Below are positions 59,603 through 64,000 of a stretch of DNA of 64,000 nt, in pieces (position 1 is the stretch's first letter; every line of letters starts with the position of its first letter). Below the pieces are notes generated by a model. That model searched no databases, was not told where the DNA came from, and worked only from the letters and a program-made list of their open reading frames with translations. The position numbers were made by a program, and so were the translations under genes. Source of the DNA: Dehalococcoidia bacterium (GTDB taxonomy: Bacteria; Chloroflexota; Dehalococcoidia; Bin125); contig CAXXRD010000002.1 of assembly GCA_963663895.2 (NCBI GenBank), positions 288,001-352,000 on the forward strand, in the 5' to 3' direction.

Positions 59603-61303
59603 TTGCTCCCTCTAGCCAGCAGCTCCCACGTCACGGGCGAACTCGTCATTCTCGTCGGCGCCGCCGTCATCGGCGGGTTCGCCGCCAATCTCCTCCGGCT
59701 GCCGGTGATCGCCGGCTACATCATCGGCGGACTGATCGTCGGCCCGTCCGTGGCCAACCTGGTGTTGGACATCGAGGACATCGCCTTCATCACCGAGCTG
59801 GGCATCGCCTTGCTCCTCTTCACGATCGGGCTCGAGTTTCCCCTCCAGCAGTTCCGCCGGTTGGGCGGGCGGCTGCTCAGCGCCGCGACCGTGCAGATGG
59901 TCGTGCTCGGCGCGGTGGGATACATGATCGGGCAAGCCTTCGGCCTCTCGAGCGCCGCTTGCGTGCTCGTTGGCGGAGCCACCGCCTTCTCCAGCACCGC
60001 CCTGCTGGTGCGGGTGCTTTCGCAGAGCGGCGACCGCAAGCGCGTCGCCGGACAGTGGGCGCTGGGCATCGCGCTGGCACAAGACCTGGTCGCCGTGCCG
60101 CTGCTGGTGGTGTTGCCACAACTCGGCGAAAGCTCCGGGGGCGCGCTGGTCGAAGACATCCTGATCTCGATCGGCAAGGGCATCGGCCTCGTCGTGGCGG
60201 TACTGGTCATCGGCCGCATCTTGATCCCTTGGGCGCTGCACCAGGTGCTCGAAACGCGCTCGCGGGAGCTCTTCCTGCTCGCCACCTTCGCGATCGCCAG
60301 CGGGATCGCACTCGGGAGCTTCGCGGCGGGACTGTCGCTGGCCTTCGGCGCGTTCCTGGCCGGCCTGGCCACCGCGCAATCGCCCTACGCGGCGCGTGCC
60401 TTGCACGAGCTTGTCCCGCTGCGCGATCTCTTCGCCGCCACCTTCTTCGTCAGCGTTGGCGTGTTGCTGGACCTGGCCGTGGTCGCGGAGGAATGGGGCC
60501 TCTTCCTTTCCCTCCTGGCCTGGGGCGCGCTCGGCAAGGTCATCCTGATCTTCGTCCTGGCCCAGTGGGCCCACTTCGACGCGAAGCGTGCCCTGTGGAT
60601 TGGTCTGCTCCTGGGTCAGATGGGGGAGTTCGCGTTCCTGCTCGCGAGCGCTGCCACAGTGAGCACCGCCAATGAGGCGGGCTCGGTGGTGATCGCGGTG
60701 GGCACGGTCAGCATGGCGCTGTCGGCGATCGCGCTGCGCTTCAGCGCCACGCTGGAGCAAGCGATCGAGCGAGTACGCTTCGTCCGCCGCCCGCCGGCGG
60801 CAACCCTGCACAGCGGCACCGAGACGGCGGAACTCAAGCAGCACACCGTGATCTGCGGATACGGCGACACGGGGCGCGAGCTGGCGCACATCCTGGACAG
60901 CCGTGGCTTTCGCTATCTCGTGATCGATTCCGATCCCGGTCTCTTGGATGAGCTCGGGGGAGGCGCAGTCCCCTACATCTGGGGAGACCTGGCCAACGCC
61001 GCGACGCTCGACGAGGCGCAGCTAGACAGCGCCCGCGTCGTGGCGGTGACCCTCTCCGACCCGCTCGTGAGCGAGGCGATCGTCGAACGGGTGCGCCGCG
61101 AGCATCCGCGTCTCCACATCGTCGCGCGGGGAAGCGGGCCCGACGTTGCGGCGCGGCTGACCGCTGCCGGCGCGAACGCGGTCGTCGATCCGTCGCTCGA
61201 GGGAGGATTCGAGATCGCGCATCACACCCTCCATCGCTATGGGGTCACGCTCCAGGAGATCCGGCAGACGCTCGTGGGGCGGCGGCAGGAGCACTTCGGC
61301 TAA
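59603..61303 (+). CDS. CPA2-family cation:proton antiporter with TrkA-N/KTN domain (KefC/YbaL-like)
   Basis: LLFTIGLEF, SSTA, QD, GAFLAG, FFVSVG, QMGEFAF, ICGYGDTG. Confidence 0.88.
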   Translation: MLPLASSSHVTGELVILVGAAVIGGFAANLLRLPVIAGYIIGGLIVGPSVANLVLDIEDIAFITELGIALLLFTIGLEFPLQQFRRLGGRLLSAATVQMVVLGAVGYMIGQAFGLSSAACVLVGGATAFSSTALLVRVLSQSGDRKRVAGQWALGIALAQDLVAVPLLVVLPQLGESSGGALVEDILISIGKGIGLVVAVLVIGRILIPWALHQVLETRSRELFLLATFAIASGIALGSFAAGLSLAFGAFLAGLATAQSPYAARALHELVPLRDLFAATFFVSVGVLLDLAVVAEEWGLFLSLLAWGALGKVILIFVLAQWAHFDAKRALWIGLLLGQMGEFAFLLASAATVSTANEAGSVVIAVGTVSMALSAIALRFSATLEQAIERVRFVRRPPAATLHSGTETAELKQHTVICGYGDTGRELAHILDSRGFRYLVIDSDPGLLDELGGGAVPYIWGDLANAATLDEAQLDSARVVAVTLSDPLVSEAIVERVRREHPRLHIVARGSGPDVAARLTAAGANAVVDPSLEGGFEIAHHTLHRYGVTLQEIRQTLVGRRQEHFG

Positions 61304-62109
61304 GCGCCCGCCGCGCGGGCGGCCAGCACCGCGACCCCGGCGAGCGCGCAGTACGCCACAAAGGGAGCGAACGTCCCCGACCGTATCAGCAGCAGCAGCG
61401 CCCGAATAGCGAGAAGGGCGGTCACGAAGGAGGTCGCGACGGCGACCACGACGACGCCGGCACCGACGCCGGGGGCGCCATCCCGAGCCACGTCGTAGCC
61501 GGCGACGATGCCCGCGCCCAGGATCGCCGGCGCCGCAAGGTAGAACGCGTACAAGGCCGCGTCCCGCCGGGTCAGCTGCGTCAGCAGCCCTCCCACCATG
61601 GCGAAGCCGGATCGGGAGATGCCGGGCAGGATCGCGGCCGCTTGGATCGCGCCCACGAGAGCGCCACGCCGCCAATCCAGGCTCTGCAGATCGCGCGATC
61701 GCCGTCCGGCCCACTCCCCAAGCGCCAGCAGCAGCGCCGTGACAATCAGGAAGGCGCCCACCCACGTGGGATCGCGCAGCGCGCCGTCCAAGCTGTTCCG
61801 CACCGTGAACCCGACGATCGCGATCGGAATCGTTCCGACGATGATGAGCACCAGCAGGCGCCGCTGGTCGCGGACCTGACGGGCATCGCCACGACCGCAT
61901 GCGCCCAGCGCGAGACGCATCCAGCGGCGCGGGAAGGCGACCAGCAGGGCCGCCAGGGTCCCTATGTGGACCGCCGCATCAAAGGCCAGCCCCGGATCGT
62001 CCCAGCCGAGGATCCAGCGAGCCAAGACGAGATGGCCGCTGCTCGATACCGGCAGGAACTCCGTCACGCCCTGCAGGACGCCGAGCACCACCGCTTCCAG
62101 AATCGACAT
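61300..62109 (-). CDS. uppP: Undecaprenyl-diphosphate phosphatase
   Basis: LGVLQGVTEFLPVSSSGHL, HIGT, AILPGISRSG. Confidence 0.93.
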   Translation of the reverse strand: MSILEAVVLGVLQGVTEFLPVSSSGHLVLARWILGWDDPGLAFDAAVHIGTLAALLVAFPRRWMRLALGACGRGDARQVRDQRRLLVLIIVGTIPIAIVGFTVRNSLDGALRDPTWVGAFLIVTALLLALGEWAGRRSRDLQSLDWRRGALVGAIQAAAILPGISRSGFAMVGGLLTQLTRRDAALYAFYLAAPAILGAGIVAGYDVARDGAPGVGAGVVVVAVATSFVTALLAIRALLLLIRSGTFAPFVAYCALAGVAVLAARAAGA

Positions 62110-62283
62110 CAGCCGCTCGTCCGATCCCTCCCTGGCACGGGCCGATGCTCCAGCGTAGAGCTATCGGGAGCAGGGGGCGGGAACAGAAGAAGGGCCGTGG
62201 GCGGAGCGAGGAACCGGGGATCGCCTTGGGGTCCCGCTGGACCGACGCCGAGCGTGGGGAACTTCAGGCCCCGTACGACGAGC

Positions 62284-62523
62284 ATGGTCGTCGGGCGGCT
62301 CTTCCGCGATCACCTCCGCCGGGCCGAGCTGCCGCCCGTCCGTTTTCATGACCTGCGCCACGGCGCAGCGACCTATCTGCTCTCGACGGGCGTACCGATG
62401 GGGGCCGTGATGGACATCCTAGGCCACACGCAGATGTCGACGACGAGCGACCTCTACTCCCACGTGCTGCCGGAGATGAAGCGGGAAGCCAGCGAGAAGA
62501 TCGGGGCGGTGCTGTTCGGCTAG
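62284..62523 (+). pseudogene. C-terminal remnant of a tyrosine recombinase (phage-type integrase)
   Basis: RFHDLRH, ILGHTQMSTT, DLYSHV (box II and catalytic Tyr); box I Arg and N-terminal domains absent. Confidence 0.8.
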
Positions 62524-63091
62524 AGCAGCGCGGGCTCGTTTCGCAACCGGACGGGCGAGACCCGGGCGCATCTCGACGAGGATGCACGTCCTCATCGCCT
62601 CCAGGGATCACGCGGAGGCACCGCTGCTGAGAGCCGCGTGCTTAGGACTGTTCCCGCGACGGCGTCGGCCGACGGCCCTGCCCGGTCTACGGGCACTACA
62701 AGGCCGCGGCTTCTGCGGCGCTCGGTCCGACATCGATGCATCCTTGAGTCCCCGGGATCACCAGCAATATGAACGACCCTCAACGATACATATGTCCCAC
62801 TCCGGATGGCGGGCGATCCGACAGGTCGCCCCAGCAGACCAGCTCGCCGTCCGCGCGCCGCACCTCGACGCAGGCACCCGCGCCGACCACGCGGAAGATG
62901 AGGGCCTCGCTGAAAGGGGGGAACTCAAGCGTCGGCTGGACGAGGAGCCAGTGCAGTGCGCCCTCGTACAGATCGAAGGGGGAAACGCGCTGCATCGCCA
63001 CTTTCTTCGTTACTTCATATTTCTTGCATTTGCGACATAGCTACCACAGAGTGGAGGAGGTCGCGGCGTACACAGGGAAACTGTTTAGGCA

Positions 63092-64000
63092 ATGGTATTC
63101 CGCTTCATCCATACCGCCGACTGGCAGATCGGCAAGGTTTTCCGCTTCGTCGATGATGTCGCGATGGGCGGGCTCCAGCTGGCGCGGCTGGAGGCGATCA
63201 CGCACGTCGGCAACCTCGCCTCGGAACACGATGTGCGCCATGTGTTGGTCGCGGGTGATGTATACGACCACGGAACTCCCTCCACACACTCGCGCAACCA
63301 AGTCGTCGAGAGAATGCGGGCTCACACCTCCGTACACTGGCACCTGTTGCCAGGGAATCATGATCCGTACCAGCCCAATGGACTCTGGGACCAGCTCCGA
63401 AGGCGTGGCTTGCCAGATAACATCCACGCGCATACCGAATCGGCCGCCACCATCATCGAGCAGGATGCCGCAGTCCTGCTCCCGGCACCACTACAGCATC
63501 GTCGTACGCTCGCCGATCCCACCGCTTGGATGGACAACCATCTCAGCGAAGCTGGCTTGATCCGCATCGGCCTCGCACATGGCGCCGTCTACGGCTTCGA
63601 TACTAACGAGAAACAGAGATCCAACCCAATCGACCCTGCGCGGCCACAGCTCGCTCGGCTTGACTACCTGGCCCTAGGCGATTGGCATGGAGAACTTCAG
63701 ATCAACGAGCGCTGTTGGTACAGCGGCACGCCGGAGACGGACTCGTTTCAGACGCGCGGCAAGGGCACAGTCCTGCTGGTCGAAATCGCCAGCCCGAACG
63801 AGTTGCCCCAAGTCACTCCGCTCTCGACAGGTCAGTACCATTGGGAATCGCTCGATGAGCGCGTGGAGGACCTAGAAGACGTAAATCTCCTTGACAACAA
63901 ATTGCGGCACCTGAACGACGACCTCAACCACACGCTGGTCGATTTGAGGCTCTCCGGAGCGCTCTCACTGGCTGACCTGCTGCACTTCGAGGAACGGATC
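63092..64000 (+). CDS. SbcD/Mre11-like metallophosphoesterase (DNA repair exonuclease), runs off the window end
   Basis: Translated by hand from ATG 63092: FIHTADWQIGK, VAGDVYD, LPGNHD, LAHG, DYLALGDWH, WYSGTPE; absent from the ORF track because it has no stop in the window. Confidence 0.88.
   Translation, partial: MVFRFIHTADWQIGKVFRFVDDVAMGGLQLARLEAITHVGNLASEHDVRHVLVAGDVYDHGTPSTHSRNQVVERMRAHTSVHWHLLPGNHDPYQPNGLWDQLRRRGLPDNIHAHTESAATIIEQDAAVLLPAPLQHRRTLADPTAWMDNHLSEAGLIRIGLAHGAVYGFDTNEKQRSNPIDPARPQLARLDYLALGDWHGELQINERCWYSGTPETDSFQTRGKGTVLLVEIASPNELPQVTPLSTGQYHWESLDERVEDLEDVNLLDNKLRHLNDDLNHTLVDLRLSGALSLADLLHFEERI

Noticed and set aside
61642-62523. Intact 293-aa integrase
   Set aside because: The N-terminal two-thirds overlaps uppP antisense and lacks integrase motifs; only the C-terminal catalytic fragment is recognisable.

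Overview
A high-GC, gene-dense bacterial window with no rRNA, tRNA or CRISPR array that I can see. The lipoprotein-anchored binding proteins and LLM-rich catabolism suggest a monoderm host such as Chloroflexota or Acidimicrobiia, but that is inference only. Main blocks: (1) 1-23.5 kb, a co-oriented catabolic cluster with an SCP2-type thiolase, LLM oxidoreductase, amidohydrolase, CoA ligase, a five-gene acetophenone-carboxylase-like set (apcABCDE-like), a second CoA ligase, a CoxG/M/S/L-like molybdenum hydroxylase, a BMP-family ABC importer and a CouO-like beta-ketoacyl-CoA hydrolase. (2) 23.5-40.7 kb, GNAT, SDR, D-aminoacylase, CoA transferase, an AapJQMP amino-acid importer, a four-gene ABC-2 system, a lone dimethylformamidase-type large subunit, LLM and ThuA-like genes. 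(3) 40.8-44.9 kb, a Type III R-M system whose Mod gene has an AT-rich target-recognition domain. (4) 45.5-59.6 kb, a complete N-methylglutamate methylamine pathway (gmaS, mgdABCD-like, divergent mgsABC) whose leftward operon runs directly into a divergent urease cluster (ureF-ureAB-ureC-ureG-ureD, no ureE). (5) Right end: CPA2 antiporter, uppP, an integrase remnant and a partial SbcD-like nuclease. The best candidate for an undescribed system is the urease-like enzyme: its Ni ligands are intact but its substrate pocket is remodelled, and it sits in the methylamine-oxidation operon, suggesting an N-methylurea-type hydrolase. Seven single-base frameshifts, all in G/C runs, are most likely sequencing or assembly errors.
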